A stretch of 64,000 bases of DNA from Lama glama (lineage: Eukaryota). The stretch covers positions 23,004,001-23,068,000 of the forward strand of contig CM052816.1 of NCBI GenBank assembly GCA_028534125.1, in the 5' to 3' direction. Below, piece by piece: positions 38,111 to 52,293 of the stretch. The position numbers and the translations under genes are program-made. Within the stretch, counting starts at the first letter, position 1. Every line of letters starts with the position of its first letter. The notes below the pieces were generated by a model. The model saw only the letters and a program-made list of their open reading frames with translations. It made no database searches and had not been told where the DNA came from.

Positions 38111-39426
38111 AAAAAGATAAATCCTATTGAGTTCATTTGTCAGCTGAGTTTGGTGACGATATTACCAGTTGGTTTTCCTCAAGCCTTGATGAGTCTTCAT
38201 TGTCCAATTATATCTATAGATGAGTGTCACTGTTGGAAAGGAGTCTATTTACACAAGCCAAGTTAAAATTCCCATCCTCTTGTCAATGAAGACAGGTTTT
38301 TATCCAGAATTTGAATCCAACTATGTGGGGTTTTAATGCCCATCCATGTCCCCTTCATTTTTATCAGGTTTCTAGTTTTTAAACATAATTTTTTGTTCCT
38401 AAATGCTAATGTTATTAAATCTTCTGTAATCAGTACAATTGTATCTATAACTAGCTATTGTGGAATACTCAATAAAATTATTATTTCTTTAGACATTGTT
38501 GGTATTTCAAAACAGTAATTGGTTAAGTGAGAATTTCACAATATAACAATAAACTGGTATTCTCTGGGTAAACACAGCACTGTGTGCTCCTCTAGCTGGC
38601 AGATGGTGTCATTTATCATTGCCCACTTTTAACTATACGACATTGTTGGAAGATACCACAAATGAAATTTAAAGTATTTTTAAACAGGAAAACATAACAA
38701 ATGGAAGTTAATTTGAATTATCCTCACAAAATCTTTAACAAGAGATACCAGAAGATAGTTGACACACAACTGGCGGCAGTTGGCCAACACTGGGAGGGAT
38801 GGACTAGCCCAAAGAGCCACACTCAGACACAATCCTGCTACAGCTGCACATGTACTCACCTCCTGGGAACAGCTAAACAAAGTCCTAGACACCAGATGGC
38901 TAAGTAGTAATACTTCGGTTCTCAGGGCACAAATATTAAGGAGGCATAGCTCACATATCAGACCCACAAAAGGTTCTCCTAGGTGCCCTGAAAGGGTTGC
39001 AGAAACAGTCTTAAGATAACAAAGGTCTACTTTAAACTCCCTTGGCAAGGCATTCAAATAAATACATACCATGGGAGAATTTTACTACCCAATCAAGAGA
39101 GCAAAAGGATGACAAGCTTATTCTCTCATTGTACTGACTTTATGGAGCTGAAGATCTTTATTTCCTCCCATCTGTGAATTGCAAAGGAAGAGGCATGGTT
39201 ATTGGCAATCTCAATTAAGGACATGGGAGATGTGTGGGAAATGTTGTATCACTGATTGATTGTTGGCCATGGAAGACAACCACCTAACTATGCACTAATT
39301 AATGAGCACTTCAAACAGCATTTTATCAGGACATTTACACAGCACACCCTAGTGGGGAAGTTTATCCTTATACTTGAAGTTAAGCAAGTTTTTCCTGTTA
39401 CTACTTTGATAGCTCCTTTTTTAATT

Positions 39427-39453
39427 AAAAAAAAAATATATATATATATATGG

Positions 39454-39487
<34 letters not shown>
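39427..39487. repeat. Compound microsatellite An-(TA)n-(CA)n
   Basis: Read directly. Confidence 0.95.
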
Positions 39488-39490
<3 letters not shown>

Positions 39491-40134
39491 ATGCCAAATA
39501 AAACACCTTGAAAGCTTTTTCCCAGAAGCCCAGTTAGACTTCCCCATTTAGAGGAGCTGCTTGCTACACGGTGGACTTTGGCTTTGGACAACACGTAAGG
39601 AACATCTGAGAATGATTTCTTGTTCTTTTTCACAGCATGTGCCAGCTATCTGTAGGCAAAACATAAGGGGACACAGCTTTAACAAATTATTTTATTTCGT
39701 AAGAGAAGTCCTGTGCTACGCAAGCATGTTCCCCGCTGACACAAAGAGAAACTGCAGTCTTGGTCAATAAAATATTTTTTAAATGTATCTTCTTGGAGTG
39801 AAAATTTCTTCCCAACTATGAAAACCAAAATTTTTAACTCTGGTCAAATAAATGTCATACTTTATCTTTTATTCAGAAACTCTACATCAGCTTCTAAAGT
39901 GATCACTTGGAGATGTATTAATATATCTCAAGACTTAGGGCCAAATTATAAATGCTGTCAATTATGTAACCACCATCCTCTCTCTCCTCCTGCAACTCTG
40001 GTGAAGAAAAAGGACTGAAAAGTGGGTTTTGCTCACAATTTAAATCCTAATATCTATCCTCATCATAGAAGGGGACTGAGAGAGAGAAGAATTTGGAGAA
40101 AGTGTCAATAATAAGGACAAAGAAGAAGAAAAAC

Positions 40135-40355
40135 AGAGGAGGAAGAGAAAGGAAGGAAGGAAGGAAGAGAAAGAAAGAAGGAAAGAAAGAAGGGAAGAAA
40201 GAAGGAAGGAAGGAAAGAAAGAAGGAAGGAAGGAAAGAAGGAAGGAAAGGGGAAGGGAGGGAAAGAAGAAGGAAAGAAGAAGGGAGGGGAAGGGAAGAGG
40301 AAGGGAAGGGGAGGGGAGGGGAGGGGAGGAAGGAAGGAAGGAAGGAAGGAAGGAA

Positions 40356-40389
<34 letters not shown>

Positions 40390-40403
40390 AAAAGGGAGAA
40401 AGA
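40135..40403. repeat. Uninterrupted polypurine tract with (GGAA)n, (GAAA)n and (GGGGA)n blocks
   Basis: No C or T on the + strand for 269 nt. Confidence 0.97.
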
Positions 40404-41367
40404 TGCCAGGGTAGTTAGCCCAGATCTGGATGTGCTGTGTGTGTTCTGTGACTGAAGGCAGGAAGAAGTTCACTTAGAGACCTGCAGAGACATGGCTCTG
40501 GCCACCCAGCTCTGCCTCGCCCTCAAGCTGTGCTCCATGCATTTGAGGGGACACAAAAAGACAAGAACTGCACCTACTGAAATAACTATATACAGAGAGC
40601 TCAGTTTTTAGAGACATGCACTGAAAGTCATAAAGTGAAAAATAAGGACAAGAAATTACAAGCACATAGAAATACTCAACAAGGAGCAGGACTACATTTC
40701 AGGGAGTAGCTATCTATTTTATCTTATATTAAAAAAATCCTTTACCTTTTTAAAACTTTTTTCCTCCTTTATTTTTTTCTTTGCTTTCTTCTTTTTTAAA
40801 GCCACATATATGCAAAGTTGATATGATTATACTTTATTTTCACTTAAAGAAGAAAGAAAAAGAGTGGACACTCCTAAGATGTGCAGGTTGGCCAAAAACC
40901 TGAAAACATGCTCTGCTCAATAATTATAAAAAGCGAAGTGTTATATTAAAAACTGAATTCACAAAAGTAGTTAAAACATGTATGTACATATAGAATGCAA
41001 TGACAGCCTTTTTCTTGATTCGATTAGATAGTGACAAAAGGGAAAAGTGAGGAAATGTAAAGTGTTAGCCTCCATTTCCTGTTTTCTACAGTTCAAATGG
41101 AATTACATTTCCTTGTTGCTTTGGCGTTAGAGTCAGTATGTTGCTACTGAGGTTTTCCAAAACTTTTATGTAAAAAAGTACCTTTAAGCTTTACTTATCT
41201 AAGCTAGTGAATCACATCCAACAGGAATTTTTCTACTATATAGATGTTAGATCTGGCCCAGAAAAAAACCTGGATGATGAACGAAAGATCATGATGATCT
41301 CAGGGTAGACAATGAACTGTGTATCTTAAATATTCTGGAAAACACTTTTTATTCCTATAACATAGCA

Positions 41368-41758
41368 CACTCACCCTGCCTAAATCCATAGGTTGTGCAT
41401 TCTCAGATTCAACCAACAGCAGATTGAAAATTTAAAAAAATCTGGAAAGTTGCAAAAAGCAATCTGAATTTGCCAGCCACTATTTACATAGTATTTACAT
41501 TGTATTTTAACTATTTACATAGTATTTACATTGTACTTTAACTACTGACATAGCATTTACATAGAATTTGAACTACATTTACATTGCATTAGCTATTATA
41601 AGATATCAAGAGATGATGCAAAGTATGTGGAAGGATCGTTAGGGTATATGCAAGCACTACATCATTTTTATATGGGATATGAGCACCTATAGATTTTGCT
41701 ATCCTGGGTTGGGGGTTTCCTAGAACCAATCCCCCTTGTGGATACTGAGGAAAGACAG
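41368..41758 (-). mobile_element. MER2-type TcMar-Tigger DNA transposon (MITE)
   Basis: Reverse complement begins CTGTCTTTCCTCAGTATCCACAAGGGGGATTGGTTCTAGGA; TA at the right flank; degenerate terminal inverted repeat at the left end. Confidence 0.88.
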
Positions 41759-43689
41759 TATGTAACTTGTAACTGGTCAGGGTGTATTTGCAAGATCCTG
41801 GTGGCCCCTGTCTGGTTTATCTTGATATCACAGTCAGAGATCAGATGGTACTTCATACACAGTCAAGGGGAAAAAAATGTGTTGGATGAATGAGTCATCA
41901 CTATTCCCCGAAGTAGTTAAGTCTTAAAGAATACCAGACAAAAGGTGAGGTGAATTAAAGTCATCTGAATATGAATACAGTTTATGCTGGTCAAAGACAA
42001 AATTAAAAATACTTTCTCTTGTATTCTAATAATCCTGAAGTTTTTGCAGAATTAGAACTTGCAACTTCTCAAATACACTTTTAAACTTGACATTTACTTT
42101 TCTTGTATTTACAGAAGCTATGTGAATACAAGTACCCACTGAAGTAAGACAGGACAAACAGCACTGTGTTTTAAATTTTAGCTAATTTCTTTTAGTAAAT
42201 TTTATAACTAGTTTATTAATTTAATAATTAAATAATAAAATCTAATTTCTTCCAAAGAAATAACAACAAATGAATACACTGCACTTACCTATAGTTAACT
42301 TGCTGCCAGTTAAGATATAATAAAAAGTCTGACTTTCTAGACTAATGTTTTAACAGTAAATTTTAAATCTGAAATTCTGGCTTCATGCAGAGGTCTCTAT
42401 GAAAATTACGTATCAGTGCTTAGCTCTCCATTCACCTGAGACGTCTGCCCTGACAAGTTCAGATTCCCTGCTCTTCCCATATAGATCATATCTTTTCCTG
42501 GGTGTGAAGCTCATTCATGTCAGGAAATATGTCATATGTAATACTATATGTGCAGAGACAGCTTTCCTCAAATTAGTTGTTCAGTGGTTATTTGGGATAA
42601 TCACAAGATCAAATCCATTTGTCTACAACTTTACAGTTATGATAAAAATGTCAAGATTTGAAGAACCTTACTAACTAGCCAGTTTTTTTTTTAACGATGA
42701 CATTCCTCTCATGTCCTCAAACTGCAATCATTTACTTTAGCACATGCCAGAAGAACAGCGTAGCACACAAGGCATCTGATTACTAGCCATTTAATTTTTG
42801 TCATGGATAATGTAGTTCACCTTCATTTGTACGCTACATTGATTCCTAACCTTCAAAAAGATTGAGATGCCAGAAATCTAAGTCCTAAATGCATTTCTAC
42901 TCAAATGAAATGTGATGATAACAAAGTGGCCTCCCAGGGCCAGCACTTCCTTCCCTTTAACAAGGCAGTTTTAAAGATGTGCCTAATGACATGAGTTATG
43001 ATAGTTTTTTCCCCCACACTCTAGCTTTACTGACCTTAGTGGAGTTGAGACTGTTGCTTAAGAAATGGGAAGAAAAGTGGACTGAAGTCATAATAAATGA
43101 GACAAGGTTGTCAAGAGCCCACACAGCTAGATACTCAATAAAAGTCCATTCCCTTCACTCCGTGCCCTGCCACAGAGCACGGGGAATTTTCCACAGCGAT
43201 CAGGTTTGAAGCACACCTTGACAGGGTTGGAAAACTTTATCCACTCTGAGCATGCACAGGGTGTTCATATGTGCTGATGTAGAGTGACACATTATCTAGC
43301 TCAGAGGACTCACCAGACTCAGCAGGAACCAGACTGAGGCAAACCAAGGGAGATATGCAGGACCCTCCCACGTGCTCAGCCAGCAATGGTACTTCCAGGG
43401 CTTTGGCATCACCACCTACTCGCATGGAGAGAACCACACCTTCTACCTCGGGTACATTTTCAGGTACTTGGACAGAGATGACTGGTCTTCCTTCCAGAAC
43501 ATCACAGGATGCTCTCAGGACTAATTTTATCTTGCCCCACATCCCTGGCCACCAGCAGAGAGCAGCCCTCCCCAGATCATATCACTCATCACTCAGACTT
43601 TCATCCCCAGTTGGTTTGGCACATTGTCTAATTCTCCACTCCTCTACTCTCCTCTAAACATTTTAATGTGTCCTCTAAAATCCCACGTC

Positions 43690-46375
43690 CACTATCACCA
43701 AACTTTCCTCTCAACCTCTTCTTTCAACACTTCCTTCACCTTGTTATACCCAAATTTGAATGTACCCTGAGCACATTGTTTGTTTGCTTTTTAAACCACT
43801 ATCCCTATGGAAAGCTTTTTAGTTTTCCTGGACACTCCATGTGCCTTGGGGCAGGAGGTAGCGATGAGTGTTCCTGACCTGTTTTCACATGTGTAAAGCA
43901 GTTAGTCCCATTAAAAACCCTAACTCCTTCTGCCACTCAAGTATGTCATATACCCAGTCTTCTCACTAGTGTCATTTTTCAAACTCGCATCATTCATTGA
44001 CAACACTGCTGCCTTTTCTGTCATCCTACTGGGTGACATCAGCATCCTGTGAACGACCCACCTAATACCCTGATGTCTTACTCCCTCGATTTCATCACCT
44101 CTAATAACTTCTCACTCTTCTCTTACTCAGGCTCCCCCTATTATCCTAGTCCTAGTTTTCAACTGGAAATATTCAACCTCCTTCATCTTGTATTACAGGT
44201 ATCTCACACTGATTCTATCCCCCCACCCTTTTCAACTACTTAAACACAAAGCCCATAAATTCTACTCCTCATGGTGACTGTCACTGATCCTTCTACTCTG
44301 TCACTGCTCATCACCATCCTCTTAGCTTCACTTATTTTGTCACAAGGCTTTACTTTCATGTCCATCATTATAGTCAATGCCTTATAAAGATTTCCAACTT
44401 CTTGGCCACCCCAGAAAAACCGTGACCCAGCTTCAACACAATTTTCTGCCATTATCTACATCTGTATCTGAGCATCTGATGTTGCTGGAAGAAATCACAC
44501 AAGGGCTGACTGGTTTCACATTAGATTCACAGCAGCAAGCATCACATAACACTCAAAATTGCCAGGAAATTCTCTTATGTTTCCTAATAAACTCAATTTC
44601 CTATTCTCCAGAATGATTATTCCACACATTTCCTTCTCCTGCGAACTGTCCCAAATTCCCCCGTCACATTCTTAGCTAATGATTACATCTATTACTCACT
44701 GAGAAAACAGAAGCTATGAGATAAGGGTTCCCCATCTTCCTGTCACTGCACCCACAGATCTGCCTGCATCTACACCCATCCCCTCTGTCTCCCCCGTCAC
44801 GTGGACGAGGACTTCCTTCTCTTACTGAGGGCCAGTTTCTCCACCTGTGCTCGCATCCCACCTTCCCTTGGCTCCTCTGGGATTTTACAAGAGATTATTT
44901 TGGTCTTGTAACATGAATTTCTCCTTCCTGTTAGGTCATACTAATCGGTATGCAAAAACACGGTTAAGAGTTTTGTCTTTAAAAAAAAAAGTGTATTTCC
45001 TTTGACCTCATATTCTCTCCAGCAACCATTTTTATTCTCCCTATTTCAAAGCAAAAGCCCTTAAAAAAATTGGCTTAACTTTCTTTCTGTACTCTTTTTC
45101 TCCTACCAATCACGCTTCAGTACACTTCAATCTGACGTCTGTCTACCACGCTTCTGAAATTCCTCATCAAGGTCACCTACAAAACCCTATGAGGCTAAAT
45201 TCAACCATAACGCCTCTACAGTGATTTTTTCAGCCACAGTTGACCTCTTCTCTCCTCCTTGAAATATTCTATTCTCTTGGTCTTTATGTTACTACCCTCT
45301 GCTAGTTTTTAATTGCCTACTTTCTTAGTGACTCCTTGCTCTTACTTCTGTGCTCTTTGTCCTCTATTTGACCTCCAAATGATGAAGTTCTTCGATCATC
45401 AGTCCTGGACTGTTCGGATGTTCTTAAAGTAAATGTATCTGATTCTGGGCCTTTAATTGCCACTGAAAATTTATACATTTCAGCACATGTGTTTTCAAAT
45501 CTGATGTGTTCTCTAAGCTATGGCCTCAATTCAGCTGTGTACCTGGCATCTCCGTACCGAGGTCTAAGATGCACTTTAACCCCAGTATGGCCAAAACAAA
45601 GTCCCGATTCCCCTTGATACTGCCTCCCCAGGCTAGTCTCCACCACTTCAATACAGGACACCACCATCCACCCGGTTTACCCAAATCAAAAAAAAATGAA
45701 GGTACCTTTGATTATTCTTTTCCCTCCCCTTTTAAAATCAGCAGGTTCTAGGGGTTCAAGCTCCAAAAATTATCAGTAAGCTATCAAATACTGATTATTT
45801 CCACTGTTACTACCCTCATCTGCATGCATCTCCCAGCTTCCAGCCCTTTCCCCTATTTTAATTCTCTAGAGAAATCCAGAGAGATCTCTTAAAAAAAACA
45901 GTAATTAGATCACACTGCTTCCCTGTTGAGAAAACAATGAATGACCTTCCACTCTTCTAACTAAAAAAAACCCTCACATTTGTCTACAAGGCCTCACGAG
46001 ACGTGGGCCCTGCCGACCTGTCTGGCCCTGTGCCCCGGCTCTCAGAGCTGCTCGGTGTACACCTGTGACCCTGGCGATCTTGCTCTTCCTCACATGTCCC
46101 GACCATCGCCCGGGCCACGGCAGGTTCCTTACTGAATGGCTGACTTCAGCTTGCCTTCTCCCATTACTCTCTCACATCATCTTACCAGCTCCTTTTACTG
46201 CATTTCCAAGATTTATGCGTACCTTGTTTGTTTCCCTGTTTACCTGACTCCCCGACAGGCCTTAAGTTTTACCTCTCCTTTCCACCTCCACGGTCCCAGC
46301 ATTTAGCTCAGTGAAGAGCACTAAGTAGGTGCTCAATAAATATTTGCTTAGTGAACAAGGTGATTAAAGGAATGT
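43690..46375 (+). mobile_element. Long L2 LINE remnant, about 2.7 kb
   Basis: Decayed APE endonuclease motif VILLGDISI..VNDPPNTL near 44020-44070; canonical L2 3' end GTAGGTGCTCAATAAATATTTG near 46325. Confidence 0.85.
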
Positions 46376-48639
46376 ATGAGGTCACCAAGTTCCTGCTCAA
46401 AGCTCTCATTTACAACACACTCATCTGTTACACAGCCACAAAGCTGACAGAAGACGCCTTACGTGGTGGAATGGTGTTTTTCACCAGAAAAACACACTGA
46501 CCTTGAATCTAGAACTAAACTGTAATTAAGCCCAGAAACCAGTATTTGTCTCCAAAGACGTTTTAAGATCTTTCTCCATGATCTTTAGCACAACCATAAA
46601 CATCATAAAACCTGGGCATAGTGCAGACGCTTTTCCAATGATTTCTTAAGCTAATTCTGCTACATGATAATCAAATGTGATAAATGAATAACCTGCAGTA
46701 TATGTGACTTACTTCCAGATTAGAAGACAAAACACTGTGCAGCAGTACTGCAAAGGATAATTGTGCTGTCAACGCCCTTCATTTAAGATCCTAGATGGCT
46801 AACGTTCTAACACTTGATCCAGAGATGCTGTCTGCATTGTTCCTGTCTGCCGAAACAGGTAACGCGAATAGACCTACGTAGGCAAGACTGTGCAACAGGG
46901 GAAATAGCTCAGATAACTTGCTCCCTATCTCCAATTTCTAAACCCTCCCTTCTCCAGATATCTAAACCCATGCAAAGCCTCCTTTTGACCCCTTATTCCT
47001 TTATTAAAATCTATTTGCAGAAAAAGATCTGGTGAATCATTCACCTGGGGTTATAGATAATAGGATAGCCAAACAGGTGACTTTTCCCTATTTGAACATT
47101 TAACATTATCTGGACATTTAACAATAAACAAAGTTCCAATTTAGCAAAGCAAACAGTACAAAACAAAAACCAAACTAACTGGAAGAAAAAAACAAAAAGT
47201 CATTTATTTCTAACATGAAAATTTTCTGTGTTTCCAACCTAGTTAGTGGAGGCAATCCTGAAGACAAGAGGACTGCTTGTTAAAATAAAATTTATATCAA
47301 GATTAAAGAGAACATCTCAGCTTGCTTACCAGGTCAGCGATAGTTCTAGACAGGTTTCAGGTTTGGGGACAACTACCTGAGGTCACGTACTTAACCCCCT
47401 ATAATCAAATTCGGTCCCATTGGTTCTTGAGGCAGAATTCTGTAAGTCACTCTCATGAGTATGCTGAGGGAGCAGGAAATTAAACTCCTTTTCTAAACAC
47501 ATTTTTGTGTTTCTACTGAACACAAAATGGTTAGATAATATGTGCCATTATAACAAGCATGAACTGCTCTAGGGTTCTCCACACAAGGAACAAAATAAGG
47601 AATTAGTGTTTATTTGCTATAAGAATTAGGAAAATTAAAGTCAGCAATGCACGCTTGGCCCCATAATAATTGTCCTGCTAACTGTAACCATTATATATTT
47701 CCCCTCGTGGGATGACTTCATCTCAAAAACATCATTTTAAAAATTAAAAACACAATCTTACTGAGTACCTTTATCAAACTTAGAACTTAAACTCTATATA
47801 TCTTAACAACAACAACAACAAAAAACAAATAAATGCTGAAACCCTGTCTCATATGTGAAGGATGCTGATGGGACAAAATGATGAGCTTGGCTTGTTAAAA
47901 CCAGCAGACAAAAGGAACTGATATTATGATGAGAATTTATCATTTAAAGATTGTAATAGGAGGTGCAAATAATTTAAAATTAAAGTATATGAATATTTAT
48001 TTTGCCTTGATCTAATTAAAGATTTGCCTGAATAATTACTGTCTGGGGGGAAATGCATATGAGATGCTATGCTTCAGTAAATTTATACGCAAATTAAAAT
48101 CTAGAAGGTAGTAATGTTATCTTGTAACAAAGGATATGCTTGAATCTTCATTCCAGGCTTCTTTAAAATTTCTTAGAAAGCTTTCATCATTCCTACCAGG
48201 GTTACCCTTTCTGCAGTCTTCTCAATTTATAATGTACAAAGAAACAGGCATCCCTACAAGATGCAAGAAATACTCTCACGTTCTTTACCATTTGGAATGC
48301 AATGGTCCTGCACGTAATCTACATCGCTGCACTGTTTATCTATACCTATATTAAAATATAGCTTTATGACTTTCAACATAAGCAAAATTCAAGAAAAGTG
48401 TTGAAAAGTGGGAATTTAATGACCCACACATCAGTATTTTAAAGTCACTATATGTGTGCCTTTCTCTTTCATCGAACCTGATCTTTACAGAATTAGGACA
48501 TACTTTTCAGAAGACACTCATTATTTTTATCACTCTGTCAGTTTAGTATGACTAGAGCTAAGTAATGGACGGCTTTCCTGTCACTTCTGGCATCTCTTAC
48601 ATTGGATCCTGGTAGTGTGATGGTACAGCTGAAGAGATG

Positions 48640-48995
48640 CAGCATTCACCTTTGTCTCGGGCTGGAGGGCAGGGGCAGGGGCAGGAGGCTTACTGAGGGA
48701 GCACCCCTGGGCAAAAGGGAGAGCAGAAGGGGTTAAGCTGGATGTGGGCTCAACTAGAGTCGAGCTGCAGTGTGGCTGCTTGGGGAATAATGGGTGCCAA
48801 CTACACAGGCGCGTACCCCACCTTGAAGCAAGGGGGCCATCTACCAGATCCTCGTATCAGTCAGTCACTGGGTGACTGTCGCGCCAACAGCAGTTCCCAG
48901 AGAAGGACACCGTTTGAGCTGTTATTGGGCAACCCCCCTGCTTGCTAGGCTCCCTGACAGTGCTGGGGGTGGGGATCCGAGCCGCAGCCCCACGG
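48640..48995 (-). mobile_element. ERVL LTR16-like fragment
   Basis: CCACCTTGAAGCAAGGGGGCC...TATCAGTCAGTCACTGG. Confidence 0.65.
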
Positions 48996-51769
48996 GTGAG
49001 GCAGCTAGGTCTTCCTTAAACATCGTATCTTTTCATCCGTATGAATTTGCTTCTGATAAAGAAATAGCCCAACATTTTTTTTTCTGCTTGAGCTTACTAA
49101 ATAGAAAGAACCACTTTCCCTCTTCCTCAAGAAATACTGTCCATATAAGTTGAAAACTGTTCATTTAGGTGTTTTATGTAAGAATCAGTTTCTCTGAAGA
49201 CTCATCAGGTACTAATTTGAACGCCCATGAAGCTTCAAATTGTTCTCCTTTCTAATTTTTAACATCACAGTTGCATAATTTACAGCTTTCTGTGATATAA
49301 TATTAAATGTTAGAGCCACAGAGAATTTATCATAAATGACTGAGTAAATTCCCTGCTGTTCTGAGACGTCCCCATTTCCTCAAAATCAAATATGAGCAGA
49401 GAAAGGCAGTTTTCACAGTTTGAACCTTTTCACAGTCTCAAATACATATTATTATACGTCTGAACTATTTGGAGGAGCAAATTTTAGAATGAATATCTTG
49501 TCATACAATACGGAAATGGGTACTCTGGAAGTCTAATGAAATCTAAGGCTGACACTGGGAGTAAGAGAGCCTTCCCTGTGACTTGATTTCGCACAGGACA
49601 CTTGGAATGCAAGACAATTACTCAGTGTTTCCACGAAAATGGTCACTAATTAGTGGCTGAAAATTCAATTCATTTTGAAACTAGCTTTATCTCAAATTTA
49701 ATGGAAAGACACCCAAAGGCCTCCATCAGAGCTCATGGGCCAGGGCTTCCAAGTATCCAGATGCTTAGTAATCAGTGATGCAGTCAACAGAGCACAGAAC
49801 TCTGGACTGAAGGCCAAAATGTCTGCAGTCACATTCTCCACTTCCCACTTGGTAGAAATGGATTAATTTCACCTCAGCCAGCCGGCCTAAAGCCACAGTG
49901 TCAGTGTCAACATTTGAACTACTTAGTCTGATATCAGGAATCTTTCCAAACAGAGCATTGGGAAATCAAATATCACAAAGAGATTGGGGCACCAGAAAAG
50001 TTCTTACAGGGCAAACTCCTCTGCCACAATTGCTGTTTAGGGAAAAAAAAAAAAAGTTTATACCATGGGGAATCACTCCAAATCCTAGACAATGACTGCA
50101 ACAAAATTCCAGTGTATTAAACAATCTTGTAAAATGCTTTAGCATTCAACAAAGTAATTTTAGGAATACTACAAAATAATCACAAAATTGTCACTCCCCG
50201 CCCCCCACCACACACACACACACCCCCCCCCAATGCATCCCCTATTTGCGTTCTACGAACAGTCCTGCTGCTGGAATTGCACCCTAGGAGATACCTTTGA
50301 ATTACTCTAACATCCCAGAACGGGAGCCTGTCGCACAACTGTCATCTTGTTCTTGGTGCATCTTTAACGGGACCTAAATCAAAATCAGAAAAGGGTTGTG
50401 AAAATATTTTTAAATCTAATCTCCTAATTTTTCCATTTTTTCTTCTATCTCTAGTAGTTTCTTATGAACCATTCCATTATACAAGCACCTGACTTTCAGC
50501 ATTTCTTACAGACACACTGTTTCTTCTTCTTCTGATCATTTCAAGTAAATTTAAATAGGCGGAAAAGAAGAAAAACCGGCAAGTAAAGATCATTTAGTGA
50601 CTATGCTTGCTTCTTCTGTCTTCATGACTTCTGTTACAATTCTACTAAAAATCAGGCATTCACTCTTAACCACAATACTCGTTTACACGTTGTATACAGC
50701 ACGGGGCAGACAGACATTTCCTACCCAGGCAGCAGCACATTCACTGTCTTCTGTTGCAGAGCTAGAGGGAACTAACCATTTGGAGAAGGAATAAAGGACA
50801 ATGCACCAAGCAGAGGAAGGTAGAGAGAGGGCCTACAGACGAATTAGCTGCCTCCCTGGTTTTGATGTCCTTCTCTCTGTCCCAGATTCTGCATGCAGGG
50901 TATGAATCCATGCATGTAAGTATCTACATTACTTACTCTTGTAGCTTAAATACTGATTCATGGTCCTATTTAAGAGAAAGTTTATCAAACCTTCTTTTTA
51001 TCACAATTATGACCAAGAAGGGCACAGTCATCCTGTAAGCCAAAAAGTCTATTTTCAAGTTTAATAACAAATCAACTGCATTATTATGAGAAGGTAATAG
51101 AGCAACACTGATTTATAACTTTCCAAGGAGATGAACGTAAAGAGGGGTCTTTTTCACTCTCACTGAATCCTCTTCAAGGACAAATGTTCTGAGGACAGAA
51201 AGGAAAGGATAATTACATAATGTTAAATACCCTGCCCTTTTCCTAGGCAAAAGCATCTAAAGTCATTTTCCACAGATAGTTAAATACAAAGCAAATGTAA
51301 ATTTCAGCAACTCCCTCTGCTGCAGAAATTAACCTAGTTAAACAGGTATCTCTTGTGTTCAGCAGCACTGCCTATAGCAGGGGCTAATGGAAGATCAAGT
51401 TCAGGGTAATAGCATTTATCTCGCTTACTATCCTCTTACAGCCGTTCCTTAACAGTCAAATAGCACCACAAATTAGGGGTCAAGAGGATAATTGATTCTA
51501 AAAATAAGTATCGCATTACCAATACTAATGACACTGGGATGAAAACCCAATCTGCATTCTTTTCTCTATGCGTGATCACATGACTGCTTTTAGGTGAAGG
51601 TAGGATTTGAACAACTTAACTGCTAAAGCCCCCAGGGGAAGGTTATTTCTCTCAGAGGACCAAGCACTGGGACACTACCTGCTGCCTACTAGGAACCCAG
51701 AACTGCGCTGGGCAGCTTGGGGAAAATCTACTGTTGTCCTTCATTAAAAAAAAAAAAAAGCCTTAATAA

Positions 51770-52060
51770 TAAAATAGCAAATCATATTCTTAATAAAGAA
51801 TTCAAACAAAGTAGGAGAATATAAAGTGAAAAGGAAAATTCCCTTCTACATCTCATTCTTGAAAGGCAGCCACAATTAAGTTTTTATTGCATAAAATATC
51901 ACAGAAGTGGAACTGCTGGGCCAAACAACACGCAGACTGTCTGTGCCCATCCCCATCCCCAGACTGGCTTTTTTGTTCATCTAAAAGCATTTTTTTTTTT
52001 TAAAGAAATTGAGCCTTTTGCTATTTTACAAATAAGGTTTCCAATTTGTCCTTTTCTTTG
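51770..52060 (-). mobile_element. L1ME-like fragments
   Basis: TTCAAACAAAGTAGGAGAATATAAAGTGAAA and AGAAGTGGAACTGCTGGG. Confidence 0.5.
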
Positions 52061-52293
52061 ACTGCACCAAATCTAGTAGCCTCTGCCCTGCGGACATAGC
52101 ACAACTCAGTGTTCTGCCCCTTCTTGGGCAAGAAGGAGGTGAAGGTGGGAGGAGCACAGGACTCCAAGGTCTGAGTTCTTAACAGTCTGCTCATGTTGAC
52201 TTCAACTTCTTCTGCAATCTTTTGGCAGCTTAAGAAGAAAAATTATCTTAAAGCAATGAACAAATCAACTTTATGTTTCAAAAGGAGAGCATC

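Noticed and set aside
40093..40473. K/E/R/G-rich and F/L/P/S-rich ORFs of about 120 aa
   Set aside because: Translations of the polypurine microsatellite
41479..41571. CRISPR-like 31-bp repeats
   Set aside because: Head-to-tail with no spacers, inside a mammalian MER2 element
42426..42490. Minus-strand peptide RKRYDLYGK resembling the end of a J-domain
   Set aside because: Only a few residues, no HPD-containing partner exon, weak acceptor
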